Below, one piece after another: positions 1-14,856 of a stretch of DNA of 64,000 nucleotides. Below the pieces are notes generated by a model. The model ran no database searches. It was given only the letters and a program-made list of their open reading frames with translations, and had not been told where the DNA came from. Source of the stretch: Octopus vulgaris (taxonomy: Eukaryota). The position numbers and the translations under genes are program-made. Where the stretch lies: positions 22,444,001 to 22,508,000 of the forward strand of contig OX597832.1 in NCBI GenBank assembly GCA_951406725.2. Reading direction: 5' to 3'. Positions within the stretch are counted from its first letter, which is position 1. The number at the start of each line of letters is the position of its first letter.

Positions 1-189
1 GAACTACGAGTTCTACGAAATGGATAAAAAGACCCATAATGTATAACTTAACACTTATAGAAAGTCGGCGTCGATGATGAGATTGGATTTTAATCAATCC
101 ATTTTTCAAGACTTGCCACCTCCGACCCTATTTCAAGAAAAGCTGGAGAGTCCCTCTCCACAGGACACCCTGGATTAAATATGTAAGTA

Positions 190-1078
190 ATGTCTATTCA
201 CTTGGGTTGTGTAAATGTTCGTGGCCTGATATCTAGTTGGAAGCAAAGGCGCTTCCTAAACGACATCAGATCAAGAAAATTGGATATGATTGTTGCAACG
301 GAAACCCGGGTGAAGGGACCAAAAGATCTGCTCCCCCTCCTAAATGACTATGAGAAATACGTTTCTCCGAGTCGAGCAGGAGGTGGGGTGGGGTGTTGGT
401 CCTACTAAAAAGAAACCGGGTAGCCCAGAAAAAGTTGGTTCTTTTCCAATCCAGAAGGCAGGTTGGTCGTTCTCGACCTGACATTCAGCTGTGGCAAGAT
501 AATCTGGCTGGTTGCAATTTATGCACCCAACGTTATGGGCCCGCAAAGTGAATATTTTCGTGACCTGGGCAAGTTCCTGGCCACATCGAATTCGTTAATA
601 CTGGTAGGAGACTTTAACACAATCTGTGACGCACACAGAGATTGTGTTGGCTCGAACACGAAAAGAAAATGTAACCCTGGCTTACGGGATCTACTAAGTC
701 ACTTTCAGCTGGCAAATCCATATAGGTTGGAACACCCGAACAGTCCACAGTGGACGTGGTCAAATAGTGACGGGTTTTCCAGAATATATCTAGATAGGGT
801 TTTAATTAGAAAAACAGATAAGTCCATAGCTAAGTGTCCACATCTTTATTTAGTCAGCTACAGTGACCACATGATCCCTTTTGGCGATTGAGGAGTACAG
901 AAAGCAGATCGAGATGTTAATACAGAGGGCATTGACAGGTTCCATCAGTAATAACAAATGGTCGTACGCCTTAAAAGGAGCCATAAAATATGAGTCTATT
1001 ATTATATGAGCATAAGTTTAGCTAAGAAGGGACGTAGAATAAGAGATGGTTTAGTTAAGGAACTAGAAGAAGCCTGGA
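190..1078 (+). pseudogene. L1/Tx1-clade LINE ORF2 APE endonuclease fragment, frameshifted and truncated
   Basis: Motifs NVRGL, ETR, IYAPN, LVGDFN, WTW...LDR and SDH are split over ORFs 190-408 and 463-891 by a frameshift near 390-400; the sequence degenerates after about 875. Confidence 0.88.
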
Positions 1079-1177
1079 GGGCTGTTTCACCGTTTCGGGG
1101 CTGATGAATTAAGTACCAGTTTCGCACTGGGGTCGATCTAATCGACCCCAGTATTTCGGGCCTTGTGCCTAGATCAG

Positions 1178-1253
<76 letters not shown>

Positions 1254-1256
<3 letters not shown>

Positions 1257-1600
1257 CGGAGATGTACTCGCATAGCAAGTAATTTGATCTGAGATCGTGT
1301 GCTGAAACGAAAACAGTTGCAGCGTGGAAGGTGTTTATAAGCCATTTAAGAAACACACAAAAGCCGTTCGATTCACTTCAACATTTAAGCTTAATTTGTC
1401 AAAATATTTTCGTCGCTAAAATCCGCGACCTGTTCACTGACAAAAATCCGTGCTGAGATGCAGCACGGATTTTTGTCGGTGAACAGGTCGCGGATTTTAG
1501 CGACGAAAATATTTTGACAAATTAAACTTAAATGTTGAAGTGAATCGAACGGCTTTTGTGTGTTTCTTAAATGGCTTATAAACACCTTCCACGCTGCAAT

Positions 1601-1602
<2 letters not shown>
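1254..1602. mobile_element. Foldback Penelope-like non-autonomous element (family F1) between (TA)n tracts
   Basis: Inverted arms 1314-1455 and 1461-1602 with a 5-nt loop and few mismatches; related copies at 27192-27397 and 23883-24039. Confidence 0.7.
1472..1521 (+). ncRNA. Putative minimal hammerhead ribozyme with G3-C8 core (mirror copy on - strand at 1395-1444)
   Basis: Stem I UUUGUCG/UGACAAA; core GUGAACA+G; stem II GUCGC/GCGAC; GAAA; palindromic stem III AAUAUU. Manual fold only. Confidence 0.55.
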
Positions 1603-1647
<45 letters not shown>

Positions 1648-1679
1648 CATACATACGTACATACAAACACACACACACT

Positions 1680-2290
<611 letters not shown>

Positions 2291-2780
2291 CTAGCAGTAT
2301 CGCCCGGCGTTGCTCGGGTTTGTAAGGGAAATAACTATATAAGCATTTTTAGAGAGTTACTTCCCTTATAAATTCGGGCTTTCTTAGCCATTTTTGTTTT
2401 GGTGTCTTCAAGCCATGAAGTCGTTGTTCTAAAAGAACGCTGGTTTCCTTCACAACGCATTACGACGTTGATTTCCTTACACTCCCTTCCCCACAGATTC
2501 ACGAGGCAGGGAAGGGGGAGAAGCAAACAGGCGCAGCTGTGAGCGTGGACGCCAACTCCGCCGCCATCGACACACGATGCATTTTATGCATTAAAATGGA
2601 ATAAAAAATGATGTTAAATTATTTTTAAAATCGTAGACTCATCGTTGACGCGCGCTAATAGTCAGACGGGCTCGATATGAATCACGACTATAAGATACCC
2701 GAATTTGGTTAAACTGCACCGCAAAATGTGGGAGTAGTTAGGAATCTAAATCGAAGGGGACAGACACTCACACAACTAGA

Positions 2781-2790
<10 letters not shown>
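2291..2790 (-). mobile_element. Non-autonomous Helitron, tandem copy 2
   Basis: Direct repeat of 1780-2290 with small indels and the same hairpin+CTAG terminus. Confidence 0.75.
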
Positions 2791-2863
<73 letters not shown>

Positions 2864-2914
2864 ACGTATGTATGTATGTGTGTGTGTGTGTGTGTGTATG
2901 TACGTATGTATGTA

Positions 2915-2968
<54 letters not shown>

Positions 2969-4608
2969 AAGAAATAATCCCGTCCGTCCTTCTGAAGATA
3001 ATCGTTGCACAAGGTTTCGTGCTACGACTTCGAGCATATTTTCTAGCAAAGAACTACTTATTCGTTCCGTCTCGTACAGAGACGTCACTGGATTCAGTTC
3101 TGAGAATAGCATGTGTATTATCTCAAGCTATCTCTGTCCGTTTTATAAAAGTCTGTCTCTGTATCGTACTTGGTAAAATTTCTGTTTGATAATGAAGTTT
3201 GATAACAAATATGTTCTTGGTTCAATTAAGGAAAGATAATTCTCTTACTCTCTAGTTACCTCCCTTTACTTGCAAACTCAAAGCTCACCTTGGAGCATTC
3301 AATATGCTATCGATCATCCAAGTTGGGATGATTTAATAGCAGCAAATGAGTTGTGGTATTGATTTAATCGACGATGTATTTCATGTTATATTTACACTAT
3401 ATAAGCCATTATGTAATAACGTAGCAGAGCATTATGATATTATTAGTTGAATGATATTTAGTTTCAAATTTTTGTCTCATAGAGTAATCTGCGGTCGATA
3501 ATACTTAATAAACTAGAATGTAGCACACACACACAGACACATACACACATGCACACAAACACGTACACACACACGCTCTCTCTCTCACACACACACACAG
3601 TGTAATATACATAATCTCTCTAACTAGACTATAATAATGGTAGATATTCATCATAAAAACATCAAGGATCTTATTATTGGTTAATATTTAGTTACTAGAC
3701 AACATAATTACATTTAATTACACTCATATCTTTCAGACAATTATTTCAGACGATATGACGGGATTCCGTCATGCGACGATTCCATAATGCAAATCAGTGA
3801 ATTTTAATAAAACAATCTACACAGCGAAATATAACTCTGCTGCATTTTAACTAAAGTTACTTCCCTTGACTAATATGAATTACGTCCCTTACATTAAGTT
3901 TGATCTGAACTCTCAAAAGATGTCAATAATGGATTATAAGAATTGGGTTTTCTCACTCGAGGAAGAGTTATAAGGCTTTTTTTTGTCAAGAAGAATTAGT
4001 GAATGCCTAAATAAGTTTTAATCGAAGACTTTGCAGAAAATCTGTCATCGTCTGGTTGTCGCTGAGAATATCCACTCAACACATGACTATATATATCTTT
4101 TCTTTTTAGTTTAGAGTAAATATATTTGTAAGTATGCTCCGAGTCGATTATGCACATGTTGTTGTTGTTTCTATTGTTGTTGTTTTTGTTGTTTCTATTG
4201 TTCTTGTTGTTGTTGTTGTTTTTGTTGTTGTTGTTGTTGTTGTTGTTGTTGCTGCTGTTGCTGTTGCCGTGTAACCGCAAATCAATTTAAAAAAAAATGG
4301 TTTGAAAGAAAATAATAATTCGAAGTTATTTTCTGAATTTTGTTGGTATTAATTTAGTCGCTTCCATCCACCATCCATCCATCCATCCATCCATCCATAC
4401 ATACATACATACATACAAAAGTACCCTGTTGTTGATGTTGAAATTTCAATGAAGGAACCTTGGATCTAGGTTAGAAACCGGCTCTTTCACTATTGGCAAG
4501 AAATCCGGAAATAAACTGAATAATGACATACATACATACATACATACATTCATACATACATACATACATACATTCATACATACATACATACATACATACA
4601 TACGTACA

Positions 4609-4694
<86 letters not shown>

Positions 4695-4754
4695 TGTATG
4701 TATGTACGTATGTATGTATGTATGTATGTATGCATGTATGTATGTATGCGTGTG

Positions 4755-4807
<53 letters not shown>

Positions 4808-4812
4808 ATCTG

Positions 4813-4877
<65 letters not shown>

Positions 4878-4910
4878 TTATCTGTCAGTCTGTCTATATA
4901 TATGTATATA

Positions 4911-4968
<58 letters not shown>

Positions 4969-5827
4969 CTCGCGTGTGTTTTGCATTCATTATCGTAAGA
5001 CTGTGGTTTCGATTCCCAAGATGCGGTCAAGAGATCTTTGTACGAAGGGACGAAAGAAGGTGAAGCGCATGCGACCCATCTACTACGGCACCGTCGTTCC
5101 GAACATGACGGAACACCTCTTCAAAATCTGATAAGTCATCTATATTAATAAGCAAATGATTTCTAAAAAGGACGAAGCAGTGCTCTATGCGGTTACCACC
5201 AACCAGAAAGTTTAAGAACTTCATAGTAAGTAAATAAAGCAATAAATGAACTTTATGCATCCTTATCCTTGTAATTCCTTAATTTCAAATTCCGATTTCT
5301 GATCCTGCATCTGAGGGGATCATTATGTTCTTTGTAATAGTTGCCATCACTAGGGAAACCACGTGTTTCATTTGTATATATTTAAGGTATTCGGAGTATA
5401 GCTGAAATCTCTATTCGCATTCACCTCAGTGCATACAACTTTTCCTATTCACGTATGTTTTTCCCTCTCCGACAATGCTGGCCAGATGCCATCAACGTTC
5501 AACAGCCCCCGACAATACTGAACAAAGCACAGGGAAAGCATTGAATCTAACTCTTTGCTGCAGTTAATCTCCTCCTTGCAATACTTAGTAAAACATAAGC
5601 TTTCATTTGAAAATTTCCATGGTGAGCCCGATAATGGATATAACAAGAGGCGGGTCAGATGAAGGCTTACAAACACTTTTTATAAACATTATCAGGTTTG
5701 CAGATAAGTTGAGTAATATGCTGTTTATTCACATGAACTTGTGGTGGGAAAAGAGCAATGCGTATCGTACTTGAAGTTGTCGACTATTTTCTCATATTAA
5801 CAGGAAGTATATGTTTTCTTCTTTAGA

Positions 5828-6215
5828 AGATGCGTGGCTGTGTGGTAAGAAGTATGTTTCTTAAATACATGGTTCGTGGTTCTATGCATTCATGTGGCTC
5901 CTTGGGCAAGTGTCTTCTACAATAACCTCGGGCTGACTAAAGCCTTGCGAATGGATTTAGTTGGTAAAAACTGAAAGAAGCCAGTCGCATATTTATATGT
6001 ATATATCTGTGCCTTGTGTTGGTGTTTGTCCGCCACCACTGTTTGGCAACCGGTGTTGGTTTGTTTACGTCCTTGTAACATAGTAGTTCGGCAAAAGAGA
6101 CAGGTTGAATAAGTACTTGATTTAAAAAAAATTACCGGGATTGATTTGTTCATTTAAACACCTCAAGGAGATGTCACAGCATGGCCGCTATCTGAAGACT
6201 GAAACAAGTAAAAAA
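5828..6215 (+). mobile_element. tRNA-derived SINE family B, diverged copy
   Basis: A-box TGGCTGTGTGG, body ...cttgggcaagtgtcttctac...aaactgaaagaagcc, tail gcatggccgc...gactgaaacaagtaaaa. Confidence 0.75.
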
Positions 6216-6583
6216 TAAAAAGATAAAAAAATAAAGATGGACGATTTTGGAACGCAATAGAGCAATCTGGATTTCTTTTCCTCTGAAGATTTTAAACGCA
6301 GGTAGATGGTCCGTATATTATGAAAAACCCCAGGAAGGTAAAACCGGACACACGAGTACTTTAAAAACTCACAAACATAGTTTTTGAAGACGGAAGGCGA
6401 TAAGCTGGCAGAATCGCTAACATGCCGGACTAGATGCTCAACGGCATTTCGTCCGTCTTTACGTTCTGGGAGCAAATTCTACCGAAGTCAACTTTGCCAT
6501 TCATCCTTTCGGAATCGATAAAATAAGTACCAGTTGTGTACTGGTGTCGATGTAATCGACTTAACCATTCCACACACACGCGC

Positions 6584-6681
<98 letters not shown>

Positions 6682-7142
6682 TCTTCGGGATAAAGTTGAC
6701 GATGTTTAATGTCTCCCTTCTTTCAGAAACAGCTCAAGGAATTGCTGAAGAGTAAAGGCTTTGAAGCGCATAAAAATTAAAGCTGTAGTGAGAAAAGGTT
6801 TGCTGCCATGAAGGACCAGAATCCATCCGAACATTAGAGAAGAGTTACCTGTATCATGGTGATTCGCGTTGGGTATCAAAACGCCGATATCACGACTGCT
6901 GCTCAATGTTCTGTAAACACTCCAAAAGGTGGCATCGACAGCTGAAACGGAGACTACGAAGCCATGGCCATTCGAAAAAGGACACAGCAGACATTTCGAC
7001 TGCATCTGTCCTCTGGAATTCCTCCAATAAACGCCACATATCTTTCAAAAGAGCCTTAGGTTCAATTTAGACGGCTATGTGAAGCTGCTGGAGGCTATGG
7101 TCAAACCCTGCCTTGAGAGGGTTGCTACCGGAGGACCATATA

Positions 7143-7372
7143 TTTCTTTACTACCCACAAGGGGCTAAACACAGAGGGGACAAACAAGGACAGACAAAAG
7201 GATTAAGTCGATTACATCGACCCCAGTGCGTAATTGGTACTTAATTTATCGACCCCGAAAGGATGAAAGGCAAAGTCGACCTCGGCGGAATTTGAACCCA
7301 GAACGTAACGGCAGACGAAATACTGCTAAGCATTTCGACCGGCGTGCTAACGTTTCTGCCAGCTCGCAGCCT
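7143..7372 (-). mobile_element. tRNA-derived SINE family A monomer
   Basis: A-box TGGCAGAAACGTTAG, B-box GGTTCAAATTCC, core gtcgactttgcctttcatcctttcggggtcgataaattaagtacc; flanked by the approximate duplication ccggaggaccatat/ccggaagaccatat. Confidence 0.85.
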
Positions 7373-7459
7373 TCTGCCGGAAGACCATATGCGTGGCAGT
7401 AGGAGTCGGTTCCTTGTCATACCTCTGGAAAGAAGTGGCTGTCGGAGAATTTCTACGAT

Positions 7460-7688
7460 TTAACCATTTAGCTTTTAAACCGGCCAAATCCGGCCCAGAA
7501 TATTCTACTTGTTTTATGTTCAAACTGGACAGATTTGACCTTTCACACCTGCCTAATAATATCAATGTAAAAGTAAGTAATCACATCGTTGAAATCTCAA
7601 AGCTACAAGATAATGCATGTTTAATTCAAAACAATGTGAATAAATAAGCATTACATTTGACAGAGTTATCTGAATGCTAAAGAGTTAA
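7460..7688. mobile_element. TTAA-flanked MITE (piggyBac-like)
   Basis: ttaa-ccatttagc ... gctaaagag-ttaa imperfect TIRs; interrupts the transposase relic. Confidence 0.55.
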
Positions 7689-7960
7689 ACACCTCCAATT
7701 TCTGTTCTTCTCATTCTTCTGAGTGTAATCCTACGGATTACTATGTCTGGGGCGCGACTGAAAAAGACGTCAATCACTCTGCCTGCACATCAAGGCCGAG
7801 TTGGTTGCCAACATCAAAGATGTGTTCGAAGATTTTCTCAGGGATACAGAGAGAAACGCATGCGCTAGGTCTCGAGGCTATCTTGAGGCCTTTGTGAAAA
7901 CTGAAGGCGGTTACCTCCCAGCCATATCTAGTTGATATTTTTGAGTTTTTAAAAAAAACA

Positions 7961-8469
7961 TACCGTAAATCCTCGAGTATAGTCCGCCCTTGAGTATAAT
8001 ACACAGGAGATTTTTAGGGGGCTGTACCTCTGTAAAACCTAAACCTTGTGTATAATACGCACCCCTTCTCTAACATGAGTCGTGCGTATTTAAGCCAGCA
8101 GCACCTAGTCGAACAAACACTTCCGCGCATGCGTAATACAATAATTGTGATGTTCTTAACTGTTATATGGGAATGTAAATGTTTGCAAATTGTTTTTGTT
8201 ACATGTTATTCTGTGTTCTGAATACTTTTATTTTAATAAATGTTGCTTACTGCAAGTTATGACTTCATTGCTTTCAGGCTTAGCTTAAAGTATTTTCGCG
8301 CCCCACATCACAAAATGTGTCTGAATAAACATTGCCGAACAGCCGATATAGACTCGGACATGGCTCAGAAAATATTTTTCATTTTTAACCTCATATATAG
8401 TACGCTCTAGGGATTTTGACCTTTAAATTTTGGGACAAAAATGCGGATTATACTCGATGATTCAGGGTA
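7961..8469. mobile_element. pogo/Tc2-like MITE
   Basis: TIRs taccgtaaatcctcgagtatagtccgc / gcggattatactcgatgattcagggta, TA ends, subterminal gtataatac repeats. Confidence 0.65.
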
Positions 8470-8571
8470 CTTTTATATTTTGAAGGGATAACGCGTTTCT
8501 TTCCCTTCTAAAACGATGTGCCAAATTTAACCAGAACATACTCTACATGTATACGCACACATACACAACCA

Positions 8572-8606
<35 letters not shown>

Positions 8607-9246
8607 CTATCAACGTGAACCAGGATATAGGGTCTGAATACGTAAATAAAATGGCCACAGTTGGAACCCGTTTGATCATTAATATAAACAAACAGAGCCT
8701 AAACAACACACTCGATCTCTCTGATACTCCAGACAAAGCCTTTATCGAACTATCACAGTGTCCCTGCTCCATCGAATCCACTGATCGAATGGAACAGGTT
8801 TCATAGAATCTTCTTCATAAACCAATGTTTTTCCACTTAGCTAATAGCCAGGACAACAACCATTTCTCATTATATACAGTACTGAAGATTCTAATGACAG
8901 ATATACGGACGCATATATTATATATATTACTAATATATTACTAAAACAGAAGCGTGTATACCTGTATCTTAGTATACACATGTGTGTATAAACAAGCACA
9001 CACATACACACACATGTATATACATACTTAATAATACATACATACACACATATATATCTATACATACATATATACACAGATACAGACACACACGTACACA
9101 CATACACATGCACACACACACACATATATATATACATACACACATATATGCTTATCAAGTATGCATATTTATTTACAAACGTACGTATACATATATATAT
9201 ACATGTCTATATAGGTATGTATGTTTATATATGTATGCATGTATTT

Positions 9247-9320
<74 letters not shown>

Positions 9321-10015
9321 AAAGAGAAGGACAGCAAAAGAGAGAAAGATGTGTGTATATGTGTATGTATATGTACAAGTGGGAATATGTGTGTAGGTAT
9401 ATATGTACATATATATGTGTGTATATGCATATATAGATATAAATTCATATATATATATGTATTTAAATATATATATATACTTATATATATATGTGTGTGT
9501 GTGTATGTGTATGCATATATAAATATATATATATACAAATTTGTGTATATATATATATATATATATAATATATGTGTTTGTGTGTGTGCGTTCGTTTTCG
9601 TCTTTTTCCTTGAGGAAATTTCATTAAAACTAAAGCTTTGTTCAACTTGTCTTTCTTTCTTTCAAGAATTCTTTCTTTTTATTTTCTAAATTCTCGTTTG
9701 TATTTTGTCCTCGTCGTCTTCCATAGTTTTATTTTGGGGTATCGTCATAATGAATTCTTCCTTTATTAATTTTCTTCAAAAATCCATGTCATTGATTCTT
9801 TTCCTTGTCGTCGTAAATTCAGACATCTTCTATTACAATGGCACTTCATATAAATCTTTATACAACACACATAATTACACACACACACACACACAAATAT
9901 ATATATATATATATGTGTGTGTGTGTATACATACATACATATACACAGACACACGCACACATACAAATAAATATATATATTCATATACATACATACATAT
10001 ATACACACACACACG

Positions 10016-10092
<77 letters not shown>

Positions 10093-10251
10093 TATATATA
10101 GATATACATACTTACAAACATTCATACATACATACATATATATAAATATATTCATATACATATATATACACACAAACATGACAGGCAAGCACACACGCAC
10201 ACATATACAAATATATATATTCATACACGCATACATACATACATTCATACA

Positions 10252-10286
<35 letters not shown>

Positions 10287-10345
10287 TCATATACATATAC
10301 ATACATATATATATAACGTATGCCTTAAGACGGTCTGTCATTATT

Positions 10346-10407
<62 letters not shown>

Positions 10408-10707
10408 ATATATACATTTCCTCACACACATATTTACTATACAAGTAATGACAGAACGTCTTAAAACATATTTTATTGGCTTGCACCGATCATCTTGTAT
10501 GCATCTATGCCTGTATGTATGCATGTATGTATGTATGTATGTATGTATGTATGTATGTATGTACATGTGTGTACGTGCGTATGTACGCAGAGGGCATATA
10601 TGTATGCATGCATGAATGTATATATATATGCATGTATGCAGTGAAATAGCTATGCATATATAGATGCATTCGTGCCCGTATGTAAATATGTATGTATAAA
10701 TGTACGC

Positions 10708-10760
<53 letters not shown>

Positions 10761-11236
10761 TATATGTATGTATATATGAATGTATGTGTGTATGCGTATG
10801 GGTGTATAGGTAACCAATATGAAGCTATAATTGAAATATACAAATATCTATGGCGTCTATTATACGACTAAAATATATTCAATCTCAGTAAATCCCGATA
10901 TAGTGTTTAGGACACGTGACCAAAATAGCATCAGTCGTATCGGAAGAACTGATTCACGTTGTGGACAGCCAGAGATATTAATGTTTCTTTTCTTATCAGC
11001 CACAAAAACAAAACAACAACGAAAACAAGAGCGAAATGAGTCTAAAAGACACTAATATTAACTTACCAAAACACTACAAGTATAAATTGCACCCAGCACG
11101 GCAGGGGTTCTCAACCCGAGATACGCAGAAGATATTACAGAGATACGCGTTCTTTATGAAAACAAAACGATTTGGAAGTAATCTCAACTTGACAACTTTT
11201 CAGAGAACCGTTAGGTTTAGTAAATAATAAACAGGA

Positions 11237-11436
<200 letters not shown>

Positions 11437-11550
11437 TTTATCTCTCTGTCTCTCTCTGTCTGTCTCTCTCTGTCTGTCTCTCTCTCTCTCTATTTTTTTT
11501 AATGTTTTCCAGTTTCAGCTCTTGAGCTGTGGCCATGCTGGGGCATCGCC

Positions 11551-11584
<34 letters not shown>

Positions 11585-12294
11585 GTATGTATAAGAAATA
11601 TATATAAAAATACAAAATGGGACAAGAATGCAAAACATTCAAATAGACGATACAAAAAACACGGACGGGACATTCGAAACCTTCAATCTTCAGTCAAGAA
11701 CCGGATCATCCTCGCAATTTCGGCTCGTTAATTTTGAGATCGCTCCGATCCGGCCAGCCCCAAGGAAAAACTAAGCTGCGAGCATTAGATTTCTTGGAAA
11801 AAGGACCGAATGTATAGGAAACAAGGACAGAAAAACGGACGATGCCACACGAATATAAATACGAAAAAACAATAAAAAAAATAATAACAGGACAAAAACA
11901 ACAACAACAGGTGTCTTTCGACTTTAGACAGTTCAACTTAGCTTAGCTGGCGTATTTGGAAAATAATGCCTTACGGCAGACGAAGAAATCGATGTTGTCG
12001 TGGCGGTGCTCAGAAGCCGAAAGGCTAGCTGACCGGCGGTCACGTGAGAAGAGAAGAGAGAGAGAAAAAAAGGGGCAAAGGAATCAAAGAGAGAGAGAGA
12101 GAGAGAAAAAGAGGGACAAAGGCACCAAAGAGGGGGAGAAGAGAGAGAAAGAAGGAATTAAAGAGGGGCGAAGAAAGGGAGTGTGCCAAAAAGATTCAGA
12201 TGAATATGGTACTTAAGTTAAAGGCACCAGAATTTTGTATGGTATTATCCATATAAATCAAATGTGATGATTACAATAAAAATAAGCAACAAGG

Positions 12295-12409
12295 ATATCC
12301 AAGGTAGACTAGTACAATTGTTTCATGCTACTTCATTTTATTAAACACTGTAAGTATTACAGTGTTTAATAAAATGAAGTAGCAGGAAACAATTGTACAA
12401 CTCTACCTT

Positions 12410-12415
<6 letters not shown>
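12295..12415. mobile_element. Short foldback element (family F2) abutting (TA)n
   Basis: Arms 12295-12353 and 12357-12415 with a 3-nt loop; each arm contains GAAAC-AATT-GTA. Confidence 0.6.
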
Positions 12416-12450
<35 letters not shown>

Positions 12451-12451
<1 letters not shown>

Positions 12452-12614
12452 GACGGGCTTCGTTCAGTTTCCGTCTACCAAATCCACTCACAATGCTTTG
12501 GCCGGCCCGAGGCTATAGTAGAAGACACTTGCCCAAGGTGCCACGCAGTGGGACTGAACCCGGAACCATGTGGTTGGTAAGCAAGCTACTTACCACACAG
12601 TCACTCCTATGCCT
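12451..12614 (-). mobile_element. SINE family B, 5' half
   Basis: tRNA-like head and body up to the internal (TA)n tract. Confidence 0.8.
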
Positions 12615-13001
12615 AACTTATTTAAGTTTAGTAACTTATTTAATTTCTTTGTTCATAAAGTAAATTGTAGCTGCTGCTACTGCTATTAGGATTCCCAATC
12701 TGTTCTTTCCAAAATGTAAGATAATGCAAAGTGTAAGGGTTAATGCTCCAAGATTGGTTTGTATAACTTTCCAGCTCCAGGGAGACGTATTTAGCCATAA
12801 AGTTATATTGGTTTCTGAAAATAGCAAAGGAAGTCTGTGGCAGAGATCGAAACTTATTCCTCTTGATGTCTAAACAGCAAATGAGCTAATACGAACACGC
12901 GTGCATTTGTATGTAACTATCTGCATGTATATGCGCACGCATATATATATACATATATATATATACATACATATATATATATGTATATACGTATATATGT
13001 A

Positions 13002-13054
<53 letters not shown>

Positions 13055-13184
13055 CTCTCTTTATCTCTCTTTTACTTGTTTCAGTCATTTTGATGCGGCC
13101 ATGCTGACATGTATTTATATATATATATGTATATATATATGTTTATATATGTATATATGTATATATATATATACATACATATAC

Positions 13185-13253
<69 letters not shown>

Positions 13254-13371
13254 CACGCACACACACATATATAAAGGGAGGGGAGAGAGGAAGGGTGATT
13301 GATATATATATATGTGTGTATGTGTGTAGGAGTATGCATATATATGTATATATATATATACATATACATAT

Positions 13372-13415
<44 letters not shown>

Positions 13416-13694
13416 CCACACAGATTGAAAGAGTGAGAGGCAGAGTGAAAGAGAAGGGAGGTATTAATATTATTAACGCGAAGTTTGCCCAGAAATAAAT
13501 TAATCACAACAAACATTCACTTATGACAGGTTTCAATACAGGATGTAGAGTCAACTTTTATTATACAAAAGCCTGCTACGAGGCTTGTTTAATCAGTCAA
13601 ACTATTCGAAGAAACCTCGCAGAAAGGCCAGACCTGACGAAGGCAATTGATATGAATATCTTATATATCATCTATATATACATCTATATATACA

Positions 13695-13761
<67 letters not shown>

Positions 13762-14001
13762 GTATGTATATGTGTATGTATATGTATATATACACAGACA
13801 TACATATAACGAAATATGAACTTTTCACAGTGCTTCGATATGATTAATGCTTTTGTGGGTTATAAGAACAGAAACGTTAATATTTCAAACAGTCGCAGTA
13901 TAAGTCAAACATGTCGGCACGTCTGTCAATGTTTCAGCTTCATTTCCTTAGCATTATACAAGGATTTAGAAAAAAAAAATTGAATATACGCATTATTATA
14001 A

Positions 14002-14405
14002 AAGATGCCGGAAAGCCGGCCGAAATGCTTAGCGGTATTTCGTCTGCGTTACGTTGTGAGTTCAAATTCCGCCGAGGTCGACTTTGCCTTTCATCCTTTC
14101 GGGGTCGTTAAATTAAGTACCAGTTACGCACTGGGGTCGATGTAATCGACTTAATACCTATGTCTGTCCTTGTTTGTCCCCTCTGTGTTTAGCCCCTTGT
14201 GGGTAATAAAGAAATAGGTATTTTGTCTGCGTTACGTTGTGAGTTCAAATTCCGCCGAGGTCGACTTTGCCTTTCATCCTTTCTGGGTCGTTAAATTAAG
14301 TACCAGTTACGCACTGGGGTCTATGTAATCGACTTGATACCTATGTCTGTCCTTGTTTGTCACCTCTGTGTTTAGCCCCTTGTGGGTAGTAAAGAAATAG
14401 GTATT
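14002..14405 (+). mobile_element. SINE family A tandem dimer (183-bp period)
   Basis: Units start with gtatt at 14035 and 14218; a third gtatt begins at 14401. Confidence 0.85.
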
Positions 14406-14545
14406 GGTGTATATTTGAATCATAGTTTTCTGTTGGTTGACTGTTTCTTTGTTTGATGATTGGTGATAGAAATTTTGAGTGTTTTATTAGCGTTGTATTA
14501 CTTGTGTGTTGAGTAAACGTTTTATTAAAATGTATAAGGTGAGAT

Positions 14546-14856
14546 GTGGAGGCACGTGGCCTAGTGGTTAGAGCAGCGGACTCGCGGTCGAGGGATCACG
14601 GGTTCGAATATCAGACCGGACGATGTGTGTGTTTATGAGCGAAACACCTAAGCTTTACGCGGCTCTGGCAGAAGGTAACGGCGGACTTCTGTTGACTCTC
14701 TCGCCACAACTTCCTTCCACTCTTTCCTCCCGCATCTTGCCATCTTGCAGCTCACCTGCGATGGACCGGCGTCCCGTCCAGGTGGGGAACCTATACGCCA
14801 AGGAAACTGGGAAACCGGCCCTAATGAGCCAGGCATGGTTTGAGAAGGAACAAACA
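14546..14856 (+). mobile_element. tRNA-derived SINE family C
   Basis: Head gtggcctagtggttagagcagcggactcgcggtcg...gggttcgaat; near-identical to 44958-45264. Confidence 0.8.

Larger units (their letters stand above)
6720..7920 (+). pseudogene. Decayed Tc1/mariner (maT/DD37D-like) transposase relic interrupted by a SINE and a MITE
   Basis: Remnants DGYVKLLEAMVKP..., PYAWQ*ESVPCHTS and CNPTDYYVWG; similar to the relic at 39370-40015. Confidence 0.6.

Noticed and set aside
2970-3050. GAAAC/CUGAAGA motifs next to (TA)n; similar at 13515-13645 and 49605-49640
   Set aside because: Could not build a full three-stem hammerhead fold by eye.
11590-12000. Possible hammerhead on the minus strand (CUGAAGA...CGAAUGUC at about 11665-11695) in a Penelope-like remnant
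   Set aside because: GAAA is incomplete and there is no convincing stem I or II; needs a family consensus.
14546-14620. tRNA genes at SINE heads (also 44958, 48938, 34070-34140)
   Set aside because: A/B boxes are present but acceptor stems are imperfect and each continues into a repeated SINE body.
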